A stretch of 63,463 nt of DNA, counting the filler. It is 5 parts of 5 records of this genome, joined end to end, with 100 filler letters (N's around TTAATTAATTAA, not from the genome) between each part and the next. Parts side by side here need not be neighbours in the genome. Positions count along the whole stretch, not along the records: positions 19,277 to 27,052 come from SRR20825006_1706; positions 27,153 to 36,081 come from SRR20825006_1720; 3 more parts are not named here. The stretch is one strand, 5' to 3'. A program made the translations under genes and the position numbers. The notes below the pieces were generated by a model. That model did no database searches and was not told the origin of the DNA. It worked only from the letters and a program-made list of their open reading frames with translations. This document shows, in pieces, positions 19,438 through 29,095 of this stretch (the stretch's first letter is position 1; every line of letters begins with the position of its first letter).

Positions 19438-19695
19438 ATGGCCGAACAACGGGTTCGCAAACTCTGGCTGGCGGTCGCGCTTCTCGTCGTCGCCGTGATC
19501 ATTGGGCTACTCAGCAAACCGGCCGAGGCCCCGCCCGAATCCATCGCCATTGAAGATGGCAAAACCATCGATTTTTCCACGGGGAAACCGGTCATGACCG
19601 GCAGCGCCGAAGATCAGGCGGCGATTGAAAAAGCTCAGCGTGAAATGGAGGAAGCCACGGAGGAAATCACGTTTCCACCGAAGGCCCGGCCATGA
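19438..19695 (+). CDS. Small hypothetical protein with N-terminal TM anchor
   Basis: 85 aa; hydrophobic N-terminus then acidic soluble part; 7 bp after the upstream stop. Confidence 0.65.
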   Translation: MAEQRVRKLWLAVALLVVAVIIGLLSKPAEAPPESIAIEDGKTIDFSTGKPVMTGSAEDQAAIEKAQREMEEATEEITFPPKARP

Positions 19696-20221
19696 TTATC
19701 CTCTCCGCGACGGCACCCGAAAGATGCGTTTTCACTTCGCACGATCCCTCCCAAATCACTTCGTTGGTCGCCGCATCCACCATCTGATAGCTGTAGAGCA
19801 TGATCTCATAATCGCGCGGGCTCTTCGGCATCACCCGCTGTAATCGCCCCATCAGAAACAGATTCGGCTCAATCGAATCAGTCGCATTGTAAACATGGCA
19901 CATCGGTGGTGCGCTCGAACGCAACTGTCCGTAGATCGCCTCATCAAAGACCGCCACCGGCAGCACAAACCGCGTATCATTATCCACCGGCTCGATTCGA
20001 ATACGCAGTCCCAGCACACCCGGCGTTCGCACCAGCGCGTTCATGATTTCGTCAATCGAATGACAGGCGATCATCAGATCGACCGCCTCAAAACCCGTGC
20101 CGGCCAGCCGCCCCTGTTCATCAACCGGCATCCAGCGTGTCGCCGGACCACTCACCGTCGCGCACCCTCCCAGCAAAAGACTGAGAATCAAAACCGCATG
20201 CGACCAAGTGTGCTTCACCAT
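19667..20221 (-). CDS. LpoB-like (PBP activator/CsgG fold) lipoprotein
   Basis: ATG 20221, lipobox LLGG-C; GTGFEAVDL, IEPVDNDTRF, YSYQMVDAATNEVIWEG pattern. Confidence 0.6.
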   Translation of the reverse strand: MVKHTWSHAVLILSLLLGGCATVSGPATRWMPVDEQGRLAGTGFEAVDLMIACHSIDEIMNALVRTPGVLGLRIRIEPVDNDTRFVLPVAVFDEAIYGQLRSSAPPMCHVYNATDSIEPNLFLMGRLQRVMPKSPRDYEIMLYSYQMVDAATNEVIWEGSCEVKTHLSGAVAERIIMAGPSVET

Positions 20222-20363
20222 ACGACTTAGAATATGAATCAGTAGGTTCGCATAAATCCAGCACGTTACGCAGGATTCTTCGCTGCCACCACGAGAGAAC
20301 CGGTTGCCAAGCGGGATCGTTACCGTTCGAGTGGATACTCCCAACTTCACCCCATTCTTCGCG

Positions 20364-21854
20364 ATGAAACCCACCCGCATTCTCGCTCTCGATCAGGGCA
20401 CCACCTCATCCCGCGCCATCGTGTTTGACCGTCGCGGTCGGCCCGTCGCTTCCGCACAACAGGAGTTCACTCAGCACTACCCGCAACCCGGTTGGGTCGA
20501 ACACGATCCCCGTGATCTCTGGGAAAGCACGCGTCGCGTCGCCCTCGGCGCCATCTCCGAAGCCAATCTCACCGCTCGTCATATCGCGGCCATCGGACTC
20601 ACCAATCAGCGCGAAACCACTTTGTTGTGGGATCGCAAATCGGGGCGTCCCCTGCATCCGGCCATCGTTTGGCAGGACCGTCGCACCGCCAGCGCCTGCG
20701 CCAAATTGAGCCGACGCGAGCTGGCCCCGCTGTTTCGCCGTAAAACCGGTCTGCCGATCGATCCGTATTTTTCCGGAACCAAGCTGGCCTGGCTGCTCGA
20801 TCACGTGCCCGATGCCCGCAAACGCGCGCGACGTGGCGAGCTCGCATTCGGCACCGTGGATACCTGGTTGTTGTGGCAACTTACCGGAGGTCGCGTGCAC
20901 GCCACCGATGTCTCAAATGCCTCTCGCACGCTGATGTTTAATATCCACAGTCTGAGTTGGGATGCGGAGTTACTCAAACTGTTGCGGATCCCGCCGGAAG
21001 TGTTGCCCGAAGTGCGCTCCAATAGCGAAGTTTACGGAGAGGTTTCCAGCATCGCAGCCCTGCGCGGCGTGCCGATTGCAGGTATGGCCGGCGATCAACA
21101 CGCGGCCCTGTTCGGCCAAGGGTGTTTCCGCCCGGGAATGGCCAAAAACACATTCGGCACAGGTTGCTTTCTCCTGCAGCACACCGGCACCAAAGCCGTG
21201 ACCTCCCGGCACAACTTGCTGACCACTCTTGCGTGGCAAATCGGGGGTCGCACCGAATACGCCCTCGAAGGCAGCGTCTTCATGGCCGGGGCCACCGTGC
21301 AATGGCTTCGCGATGGGCTCGGACTAATTAAGAGCTCCTCGGAAATCGAACCGCTCGCCGCTTCGGTGCCGGACAACGGTGGCGTCTATCTCGTGCCCGC
21401 CTTCACCGGACTCGGCGCACCGCATTGGGATCCGCAGGCGCGGGGCACGCTCGTCGGGCTCACCCGCGGCAGCACCGCCGCTCATCTCGCGAGAGCTGCG
21501 CTGGAAAGCATCGCCTACCAAAGCGCGGATCTCATTCGCGCCATGCAGGCCGATACCGGCAAACGCATCCGGGAATTGCGGGTCGATGGTGGCGCGACCG
21601 TGAATAACACGTTGATGCAATTTCAGAGCGACCTGCTCCGCGCCAAGGTAATGAGACCGCAGATCACCGAAACCACCGCGCGGGGAGCCGCCTTTTTGGC
21701 CGGGCTCTCCGTGGGCTTCTGGCATGATCGAGAGGCCCTCAGCAATCTATGGAAAACCGATCGCGTCTTCAGTCCGATCGAATCGGCCCCCACAATGCGA
21801 CGCTATCACCGGCAGTGGCAAAAAGCCGTGGGTCGCTCCCGGGACTGGGAATAA
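20364..21854 (+). CDS. glpK: Glycerol kinase
   Basis: [47 protein letters not shown]. Confidence 0.97.
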   Translation: MKPTRILALDQGTTSSRAIVFDRRGRPVASAQQEFTQHYPQPGWVEHDPRDLWESTRRVALGAISEANLTARHIAAIGLTNQRETTLLWDRKSGRPLHPAIVWQDRRTASACAKLSRRELAPLFRRKTGLPIDPYFSGTKLAWLLDHVPDARKRARRGELAFGTVDTWLLWQLTGGRVHATDVSNASRTLMFNIHSLSWDAELLKLLRIPPEVLPEVRSNSEVYGEVSSIAALRGVPIAGMAGDQHAALFGQGCFRPGMAKNTFGTGCFLLQHTGTKAVTSRHNLLTTLAWQIGGRTEYALEGSVFMAGATVQWLRDGLGLIKSSSEIEPLAASVPDNGGVYLVPAFTGLGAPHWDPQARGTLVGLTRGSTAAHLARAALESIAYQSADLIRAMQADTGKRIRELRVDGGATVNNTLMQFQSDLLRAKVMRPQITETTARGAAFLAGLSVGFWHDREALSNLWKTDRVFSPIESAPTMRRYHRQWQKAVGRSRDWE

Positions 21855-21939
21855 TGCCCTGGTTAAACCAAAGTCAAAACGCGCCACCCCCTCACGGTTC
21901 AGGTTGAGTCTCCATCGGTTTGTCTCCACGCTCTTTCCC

Positions 21940-24900
21940 ATGTCGATCCTGACCTCCCGTCGCCCCGTGCTGATTATCGCTCTCATCGTCGGATTAATTT
22001 CCGGCAGCAGCGCCCTGGCTCAGCCCGCGGAGCTCGCCTCGCTCCACGAAAAAGCGGACAAAGGAAACTCCATCGCCCAATACAATCTCGGGCTCAGTTA
22101 CGCCACCGGTCGCGACGTCGAAGCGGACCTTTCCGAAGCCTACCTCTGGCTCTCCCTCGCGGCCTCGAATGGCACGACCGGCAAAGCCCTTAATACCCTC
22201 CTTGAGGCCATGACTCCGGCCCAACTCACCGAAGGTCGCCGCCGCCTCGCGGCCTACCGCAGCGCGCATCAAGTCGACGCCCAGCCTGTCGTGAACACCA
22301 CCCGGTCAGCGACACCTCTCGATACCGCCAATCTCGAAGCCGATAAAAAGCAACTCAGCGGCGAACTCGCGCTCGCTTGGAAAGAGGCCGACGACCTTAA
22401 ATCCCGCCTCGCCGAAGCCACCGCCGCCCAGCAAACCGCTGAATCGGAACTCAGCGCCAGCGCTTCCGAACTCGCCACGCTCCGCGCCAAAGTAGCCACC
22501 CTTCAAAATGCCACCGCGCAAAGTTCCCACAGCGCCAATGCCGCCGCCATTCTCCAACGCGAGATCACCCAACTCAAAGCCGCTTCGGCCAATCTTGGAG
22601 CCGACAATCAGAGGCTCGAAGACATCGCCGCGCAACGTGGCCGCGAGCGTGACATCGCTCAGCAAGAGCTCAGCTCGGCCCAAGCTCGCCTCACCACTCT
22701 CGAACGCGATCACCAGACTCTGCAGGCGCAGATAGCCTCGCTGAAAGAGGCCGATCAGCAGCAACTCGCCAACGCACAGGCCCTGGAAACTGCCCGTGCG
22801 GAACTCCGCACAACCCGTCAAAACCTCGCCCGCGAAAGCGACAGCCTCGCAGCGATTAGCCGGGAACAGGCCACGCTCCGTTCACAATTTGAGGCCGCCA
22901 CCCGCACCAACCAATCTCTGCAAAGCCAACTACAGGCGGCGCTGAATGCCGCCGGGAAATCCAATCCCGCTGATACCGAACAGATCAAAGCACTGAACGA
23001 AGAGGTCGCTTCGTTATCACAAAATCTCAAAGCCGAACAAGCCGCCCACGCCACCGCAGTCGCGAATTACCAAAACATCTCCCAGGAACTCTCGACCACT
23101 CACCAGGCGCTCTCTTCCGGGGCTGATGAACTGGTTGCCCTGCGGATCAAAGTCGGCCAACTCGAAACGAGCCAACGCAACCGCCTCGCCACCGAAACCA
23201 GCGCGCTTCAAGACGAGATTGCTGAGCTCAAAAAACAAACCTCCGAACTCAGCACTCACAATCAGCAACTCGAGGATGTCGCTGCGCAACGCGGACGCGA
23301 AATCGCCACGCTCGAAAGCTCGTTGAACGAAACGCGCCAGCAGCTCTCCACAGCCAATGCCACACAACAACGGCTGAAAAACGATCTTGAGAAAACGCAA
23401 TCCGAACTCGCGAGCACCCAGACTCAATTGCGCGACACCCGGAATAATTCCACTCAAGCTCAATCCCAACTCGTCACCCTGCGCCAGCAAAGCTCCTCGC
23501 AACAACAGCAGATCGCCCGCGCCGAAAACACCCTGGATTCCCTGCGTAGTCAGCTCGAAGCCGCCCAGACTGCCGCAGGACAGCCCGACCCCGCCGCGAC
23601 CCAACGCATCGCCGCTCTCACTGCCGAACTCAGCACTTTGCGCAGCGAGCTCGCCAATGAGAAATCCATTCATTCCCAGGCCAAGGACCGGCTCACCTCC
23701 CTCACCGCCAGTCTCGAAGCCGCCCGAGAGGAACTCGCCCACGCTCAGGACAATGCCACTCAATCCCAATCCGAGATCGCCCGACAACGCACTTTGCTCG
23801 GCGAGCAACAGCAGCTTCTCGCCGATCTCAACACAGCCAAGAACGAACAACAACAACGTCTCGCGATCGCCGAGGACCATGTCGCCAACCTGCAGAACAG
23901 TCTGGACGCAGTGCAGGATGCCGCCGCCCAGCCCGATCCACAGGCCGCGACTCGTATGGCCGAACTCCAAGAGAAAATCACCACGCTCGATTCTCAACTG
24001 ACCCAAGCCATTTCCGTTCGTGAAGAGACGGATACCCAGTTGAGCAAACTCGCCGCAACGATGCACGATATGCGGCAGGAATTAAGCCAAGCCCGCAGCG
24101 AGGCGACCTCCGCACGTCAGCAAGTCGCCCAACTGCAAGACTCCGCCATCGCCCTGCAAGCCGAATTGGATTCATCGGAGTCGGCCGCCAAGACTCTGCG
24201 CAGCCAGCTCGCGGCTGCACAAAATTCAGGTTCTCAATCCGACAGCAACGTTACCGACCAAATCGCATCACTCTCTGAGCAACTTGCCTCCGCTCAGGCC
24301 CAACTTGCCGGACAGAATACCAACCGCGCCGACATGACCAAGCAGCTTGACTCTTTGGCAGCCGATCTCGGTTCCACCCGGGCCCAGCTTTCCCGTCTCA
24401 AGGACGAAAACATTCTTCTCCGCACACGTTTGGACACCGCAGCTCAAACCGCTGATCAGGCCACCGTCGCGCAATTGGAAAACGCCACCGCCGCACAGCT
24501 CGCCGCCGAAAGCAAAGTCGCCTCGCTTCAAGCTGAGCTCACGCAAACCCAGGCCGCCCTCGATGCCGCGCAATCATCCGGCTCGACCGACGAAACTCAA
24601 GCGGCCGCCCTCTCCACGCTGAGTGCGCAGATCAACAGCCTCGACGCTTCGCTCAAACAAGAAAAGAGCGCTCGCGAAACAGCGGAGCAACAAGTCGCTT
24701 CGCTCACCCGGGATCTCGCCGCGATCCGCACACAACTCACCCAATCTGAAAAGCAAGTCGCCAACCTCGCTGCGACGGTTCCGGCCGACAATTCCGCCGA
24801 AACCGCTGCGCTGGAAGAACAGGTCGCCACGGCCCTGAGCAACTACGCCGAATTGCAAAAGGAGAACGAAGAACTGAAAGCCAACACCGCGACCCTGACC

Positions 24901-25341
24901 GCGCAAATCGCCACACTCGAAGAGCAAGTTGCCGACACTCCGGCCGTGGTTGAAGAAGCTCCGGAGGAATCATCCGATGCCAATGATCCGGAGTTACTCG
25001 CGCTTCAGGCCCAACTCCAGCAAACGCAACGCGCACTCGATACCGCCCGCAATGATCGCGATTCTCTCCGCAACCGGTTGCTCGCCCTGCGCACTGCGCC
25101 GACCCGTCCCGGCACGCGAGATGCGGCCGCCCTACGGCGCCCCACCGCCCCTCAACCCAACCGCAATGCGGCGACAGCTGGAAACCGCACCCACACGGTT
25201 GTTTCCGGCGATACGCTTTCAGACATCTCCCTGCGCTACTACGGCACGAGCCGGCGTTGGGCGGAAATCTACGAAGCCAACCGCAGCAAGCTCCCCAACG
25301 AGCGGGCTCTACAGGTGGGTATGGTGATCGTGATTCCCTGA
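21940..25341 (+). CDS. Exported SEL1-repeat / very long coiled-coil / C-terminal LysM protein (about 1133 aa)
   Basis: Signal peptide from ATG 21940 (ALA-QP); AQYNLGLSYATGRDVEADLSEAYLWLSLAA SEL1 repeat; heptad-rich body; HTVVSGDTLSDISLRYYG...LQVGMVIVIP LysM. Confidence 0.88.
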   Translation: MSILTSRRPVLIIALIVGLISGSSALAQPAELASLHEKADKGNSIAQYNLGLSYATGRDVEADLSEAYLWLSLAASNGTTGKALNTLLEAMTPAQLTEGRRRLAAYRSAHQVDAQPVVNTTRSATPLDTANLEADKKQLSGELALAWKEADDLKSRLAEATAAQQTAESELSASASELATLRAKVATLQNATAQSSHSANAAAILQREITQLKAASANLGADNQRLEDIAAQRGRERDIAQQELSSAQARLTTLERDHQTLQAQIASLKEADQQQLANAQALETARAELRTTRQNLARESDSLAAISREQATLRSQFEAATRTNQSLQSQLQAALNAAGKSNPADTEQIKALNEEVASLSQNLKAEQAAHATAVANYQNISQELSTTHQALSSGADELVALRIKVGQLETSQRNRLATETSALQDEIAELKKQTSELSTHNQQLEDVAAQRGREIATLESSLNETRQQLSTANATQQRLKNDLEKTQSELASTQTQLRDTRNNSTQAQSQLVTLRQQSSSQQQQIARAENTLDSLRSQLEAAQTAAGQPDPAATQRIAALTAELSTLRSELANEKSIHSQAKDRLTSLTASLEAAREELAHAQDNATQSQSEIARQRTLLGEQQQLLADLNTAKNEQQQRLAIAEDHVANLQNSLDAVQDAAAQPDPQAATRMAELQEKITTLDSQLTQAISVREETDTQLSKLAATMHDMRQELSQARSEATSARQQVAQLQDSAIALQAELDSSESAAKTLRSQLAAAQNSGSQSDSNVTDQIASLSEQLASAQAQLAGQNTNRADMTKQLDSLAADLGSTRAQLSRLKDENILLRTRLDTAAQTADQATVAQLENATAAQLAAESKVASLQAELTQTQAALDAAQSSGSTDETQAAALSTLSAQINSLDASLKQEKSARETAEQQVASLTRDLAAIRTQLTQSEKQVANLAATVPADNSAETAALEEQVATALSNYAELQKENEELKANTATLTAQIATLEEQVADTPAVVEEAPEESSDANDPELLALQAQLQQTQRALDTARNDRDSLRNRLLALRTAPTRPGTRDAAALRRPTAPQPNRNAATAGNRTHTVVSGDTLSDISLRYYGTSRRWAEIYEANRSKLPNERALQVGMVIVIP

Positions 25342-25436
25342 TCACCCGTGAATCGTTCCGGCTCATGCGGAAATTAAGCTGCGGTTCTAATCCATCACTG
25401 AGATTGCCAATCTAGGGGATTTCCCCCTCTAGTAGA

Positions 25437-26456
25437 GTGATGCGATTGTCATTCGTCACTACGTTCCTCGCTGGCACGATGTGCCTCACGCTGTTTTCGG
25501 GCTGTGGCTATGTTCATTTTGGTCGCTACAAAGCACCGGCCGCCTCCGGTTCTTCCGAACTGGCCTCCGAGAACAGTGATCTGCGCATGGAGAAAAAAGT
25601 GCTCAAACAGGAACTCCTCCTCGCGCAAAGAGAAGGACAGGCCCTGCGGGAGGCCCTGGAAACCCAGAAGAGCGGCGGAACTGACAGCAGCCAATTGGCC
25701 CGGCAACTTCAGGATGCTAACCGTGAACTCACCTCGCTTCGCAACGACTACACTCGACTCCAAAGCGAGCGGGCGCGACTCAGCCAAGCCGCCAATCCTG
25801 CGAATAACTTCGAAGCCGTTGAGCAAATCGCCCAACTGAAAACCCAGCTCCGTATTGCCGAAGGGAAAACCGATCAAGCCCTCGACTCCTACGCCAAACT
25901 GCAACGGGAGAACGCTCAGCTGCGCGAAGAGGTCGGCCGGGTGCGCACCGCCAATGCCGGACTCGCCCAGCAAGTCCAAACGCTCACCCAGCAAAACGAG
26001 GACGTCACCGCCGCGCTTTCCCAGTTGAACAGCGAATTACTGGCGCAAACTGATGCCCGTCGCCGCGCCGAGGAAGAATCCACCTCCTACCAATCCCAGC
26101 TCCAGTTAATCCTCTCCCGTCAAGCTGACGACGACACTTCGTTGACGGACTCGCGCCAATCCGACGCCAATAGTGCCGACAATGTCGATGCCACTCTCCG
26201 GATGGCACGGGCTCGCACCACCAGCGCACCACCCACTGCCGTGCTCCGCACCAGTCAGGAGCGCCTGCGCCAATCCGCCACCAACACGGCAGCCGTGCGA
26301 TACCACGTCGTCGCCGAAGGCGAGACGCTCGAAACCATTTCGAAAAGCTACTACGGCCGCACTCAAGCTTGGCGCACCATCTATGCCGCCAACAACGATC
26401 AACTCCGTGGTGGCCGCAAAATCAAGGTGGGCATGAGACTCGTTATCCCTGAGTAA
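25437..26456 (+). CDS. Coiled-coil lipoprotein with C-terminal LysM
   Basis: Lipobox LFSG-C, heptad-rich middle, YHVVAEGETLETISKSYYG...IKVGMRLVIP. Confidence 0.88.
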   Translation: MMRLSFVTTFLAGTMCLTLFSGCGYVHFGRYKAPAASGSSELASENSDLRMEKKVLKQELLLAQREGQALREALETQKSGGTDSSQLARQLQDANRELTSLRNDYTRLQSERARLSQAANPANNFEAVEQIAQLKTQLRIAEGKTDQALDSYAKLQRENAQLREEVGRVRTANAGLAQQVQTLTQQNEDVTAALSQLNSELLAQTDARRRAEEESTSYQSQLQLILSRQADDDTSLTDSRQSDANSADNVDATLRMARARTTSAPPTAVLRTSQERLRQSATNTAAVRYHVVAEGETLETISKSYYGRTQAWRTIYAANNDQLRGGRKIKVGMRLVIPE

Positions 26457-26476
26457 ACCCTTCCGACTCTTTTACT

Positions 26477-27010
26477 GTGCGCACGTATCTCATACTTATT
26501 CTCATTGGCTGCGGCCTTCTCACTCTCGCACTGGTGGTGCGCTCCGGGAACTTCGCCCGGGAAAATCCCGGACGTCCAATCAACAGCACCATGCGGCTCG
26601 CCTTGGAAAATCAGGGAATCCCGAATCTGAGCACCGAAGATGCGATGATCGTCGCCAAAAAGTTTACCGGTTCGCATAAACAACCCTCCGGCCTGATCTG
26701 GATTCCACGTCGCGCCGGTTCCGGTCCCCATCCCACCATCGGACAGGAAGTGGTCGTGCACTATGAAGGCCGCTTACTCGATGAGACCGTCTTCGACAGC
26801 TCTTACGCGCGCAACGAACCGCTCACGTTTCGTGTCGGAAAAGGCGATGTGATTCCCGGTTGGAACGAAGCCCTGCTGCACATGCGCAAAGGCGAAAAAC
26901 GCACCCTCATCATTCCCCACTGGCTCGCCTACGGCGTCAACGGACGCGAACCGCGCATCCCGCCCCGCGCCACCCTCGTCTTCGATATCGAACTCCTCGA
27001 TATCAAGTAG
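26477..27010 (+). CDS. FKBP-type peptidyl-prolyl isomerase with N-terminal anchor
   Basis: VHYEGRL, FDSSY, VIPGWNEAL, LAYG, IPPRATLVFDIELL. Confidence 0.94.
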   Translation: MRTYLILILIGCGLLTLALVVRSGNFARENPGRPINSTMRLALENQGIPNLSTEDAMIVAKKFTGSHKQPSGLIWIPRRAGSGPHPTIGQEVVVHYEGRLLDETVFDSSYARNEPLTFRVGKGDVIPGWNEALLHMRKGEKRTLIIPHWLAYGVNGREPRIPPRATLVFDIELLDIK

Positions 27011-27025
27011 GCAGGTCAGGAACAG

Positions 27026-27052
27026 GTAGGGCGAACCGTCCCCGGTGAGCCG
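27026..27052 (+). repeat. GTAG-type REP-like palindrome at the contig end
   Basis: GTAG followed by GGC-GA-ACCG-TCCC-CGGT-GA-GCC imperfect hairpin. Confidence 0.6.
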
Positions 27053-27152
27053 NNNNNNNNNNNNNNNNNNNNNNNNNNNNNNNNNNNNNNNNNNNNTTAA
27101 TTAATTAANNNNNNNNNNNNNNNNNNNNNNNNNNNNNNNNNNNNNNNNNNNN
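27053..27152. other. Artificial contig spacer
   Basis: N44-TTAATTAATTAA-N44. Confidence 0.99.
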
Positions 27153-28229
27153 AGTTTTGTATTTGAAGATGCTGAAGATATGCGTGCTTCCTTCACAGAA
27201 GAAAAGGAGCGTAATATTTACAGCCGTTTTACCAATCCTAACACCAGCGAATTCGTAGATAAAATTTGCAAGATGGAAGGAGCCGAAAGCGGTTATGCGT
27301 TTGCAACGGGGATGGCAGCGGTTTTTTCAACATTTGCTGCCTTGCTTGATAGTGGCGATCACATTGTGTCGGCCCGATCGGTATTTGGTTCAACCCATTC
27401 TTTGTTTACAAAATTCCTCCCAAAATGGAATATTGAAACCTCGTATTTCAAAGTGGACGAAGTAGATCAAGTCGAAAGCCTAATTAAGCCGGAAACTAAA
27501 ATCCTTTACGTTGAATCGCCTACAAACCCTGGTTGTGATGTTTTAGATCTTGAGCATTTGGGAAATATTGCCAAAAAGCACAACCTCATTTTTGTGGTTG
27601 ATAACTGTTTTGCAACCCCTTATTTGCAACAGCCTATCAAATTTGGTGCAGATATCGTCATTCATTCTGCAACAAAGATGATCGATGGTCAAGGCCGTGT
27701 GTTAGGTGGCGTGAGCGTAGGCCGTGCCGACTTGATCAGAGAGATCTATTTGTTTTCACGCAATACTGGTCCGGCTTTGTCTCCTTTCAACGCTTGGGTA
27801 CTTTCAAAAAGCCTGGAAACTCTACATGTTAGAGCAGATCGGCACTGCAAAAATGCGTTAAAAGTAGCCGAATTTTTAGAAGGGCACGACAAAGTGAATA
27901 TGGTGAAATATCCGTTCTTAAAGTCGCATCCGCAGTATGAGGTGGCTAAAAAACAAATGCGTCACGGCGGAAACATCGTTGCTTTTGAAGTCAAAGGCGG
28001 AATCGATGCAGGCCGTAAGTTTTTAAACTCAATTAAAATGTGTTCGCTTTCTGCGAATTTAGGAGATACGCGTACCATTGTGACGCATCCTGCATCTACC
28101 ACACACAGTAAACTGGCTGAAGAAGACAGGCTTGAAGTTGGCATCACTGACGGTTTGGTGCGTTGCTCTGTTGGTCTGGAGCATGTAGAAGATGTGATTG
28201 CCGATCTTGATCAAGCATTGAACGCATAG
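27153..28229 (+). CDS. metZ: O-succinylhomoserine sulfhydrylase-like trans-sulfuration enzyme (5' truncated)
   Basis: Frame open from the contig start (SFVFEDAEDMRASF); YSRFTNP, ESPTNP, VDNCFATP, HSATK (PLP Lys), NLGD, HPASTTH. Confidence 0.8.
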   Translation, partial: SFVFEDAEDMRASFTEEKERNIYSRFTNPNTSEFVDKICKMEGAESGYAFATGMAAVFSTFAALLDSGDHIVSARSVFGSTHSLFTKFLPKWNIETSYFKVDEVDQVESLIKPETKILYVESPTNPGCDVLDLEHLGNIAKKHNLIFVVDNCFATPYLQQPIKFGADIVIHSATKMIDGQGRVLGGVSVGRADLIREIYLFSRNTGPALSPFNAWVLSKSLETLHVRADRHCKNALKVAEFLEGHDKVNMVKYPFLKSHPQYEVAKKQMRHGGNIVAFEVKGGIDAGRKFLNSIKMCSLSANLGDTRTIVTHPASTTHSKLAEEDRLEVGITDGLVRCSVGLEHVEDVIADLDQALNA

Positions 28230-28259
28230 ATTTCTAACAATTTTGCATACTTTTAGGCC

Positions 28260-28673
28260 GTGTTATCAAAAAAGACCAAATACGGCCTAAAAGCATTAGC
28301 TTATGTTGCCAAGCATAAGGGAGAAGATCCTGTGCAGATAGGAGCCATTGCTAAAAGCGAAAATATCTCTCAGAAATTTCTAGAGAGTATCATGCTTACA
28401 TTGCGTAAAGCCGGTTTTTTGGGAAGCAAAAAGGGTAAAGGTGGCGGTTATTATTTGCGCAGACAACCTGAAGAAATCAAAATGGTTGAAGTGATGCGTA
28501 TACTTGAGGGGCCGGTTTCGATGGTACCTTGTGTAAGCCTTAATTTTTACGAAAAATGCGATGATTGCCCTGATGAAACCACGTGTTCTGTACACAGTTT
28601 GATGGTGCAATTGAGAGACAGCAATCTGGCAGTATTGAATAAAAACACGCTTGCAGACCTGATTGCTGAGTAA
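28260..28673 (+). CDS. Rrf2-family transcriptional regulator
   Basis: KTKYGLKAL, ISQKFLESI, SKKGKGGGY; four Cys in C-x8-C-x2-C-x5-C. Confidence 0.93.
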   Translation: MLSKKTKYGLKALAYVAKHKGEDPVQIGAIAKSENISQKFLESIMLTLRKAGFLGSKKGKGGGYYLRRQPEEIKMVEVMRILEGPVSMVPCVSLNFYEKCDDCPDETTCSVHSLMVQLRDSNLAVLNKNTLADLIAE

Positions 28674-28734
28674 TTCCGAAGATTTAGCTTAAATGCTGAA
28701 AATCACTTAAAAATTTCAAAAAAACGCCAAAAGA

Positions 28735-28766
28735 TTTGGTCAAGAAGCGAAGTAGATATACTTTTG
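28735..28766 (+). promoter_or_regulatory. Bacteroidota housekeeping promoter of the cys operon
   Basis: TTTG (28735-38)-20 bp-TACTTTTG (28759-66) matches the -33 TTTG / -7 TAnnTTTG consensus. Confidence 0.75.
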
Positions 28767-28772
28767 CTTTAT

Positions 28773-28795
28773 AATCCTACTATTCCGATAGGATT
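28773..28795. promoter_or_regulatory. Palindromic operator AATCCTA-N9-TAGGATT, copy 1
   Basis: Perfect 7-bp inverted repeat just downstream of the -7 box; second copy at 31990. Confidence 0.75.
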
Positions 28796-28822
28796 TAAAT
28801 ATAACTGAATAGGAGTTGTAAT

Positions 28823-29095
28823 ATGATATTAGATCAAGTGTATAACCAGAGTCACGCAGAGAAGCCTCAGAAAGCTTCTTATGAAAAAGACGCTTCATCA
28901 GAGAAGCCGCTACGCAGTATAGTAAAATCGATTAGTTGGAGAGTTGTAGGTACGATAGATACGGTTTTGATTTCTTGGGTAATCACCGGGACATTATCGC
29001 TGGCTTTTTCGATTGGAGCCGTTGAACTTGTGACAAAAATGGTTTTATACTTTTTTCACGAGCGTATCTGGAATACAATTAAATGGGGAAAATAA
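28823..29095 (+). CDS. DUF2061-family small membrane protein
   Basis: RSIVKSISWR, YFFHERIW..IKWG. Confidence 0.85.
   Translation: MILDQVYNQSHAEKPQKASYEKDASSEKPLRSIVKSISWRVVGTIDTVLISWVITGTLSLAFSIGAVELVTKMVLYFFHERIWNTIKWGK

Noticed and set aside
21724-21939. 72-aa N-terminal extension overlapping glpK in the ORF track
   Set aside because: A signal peptide begins at ATG 21940; similar over-extended starts were trimmed for glnE, glpK, queC, rsmH and the PA2779-like genes
22306-25366. Several long antisense and alternate-frame ORFs over the coiled-coil gene (e.g. 23017-24066)
   Set aside because: Expected stop-codon scarcity in GC-rich, Ala/Gln/Leu-biased coding DNA; no motifs or RBS support
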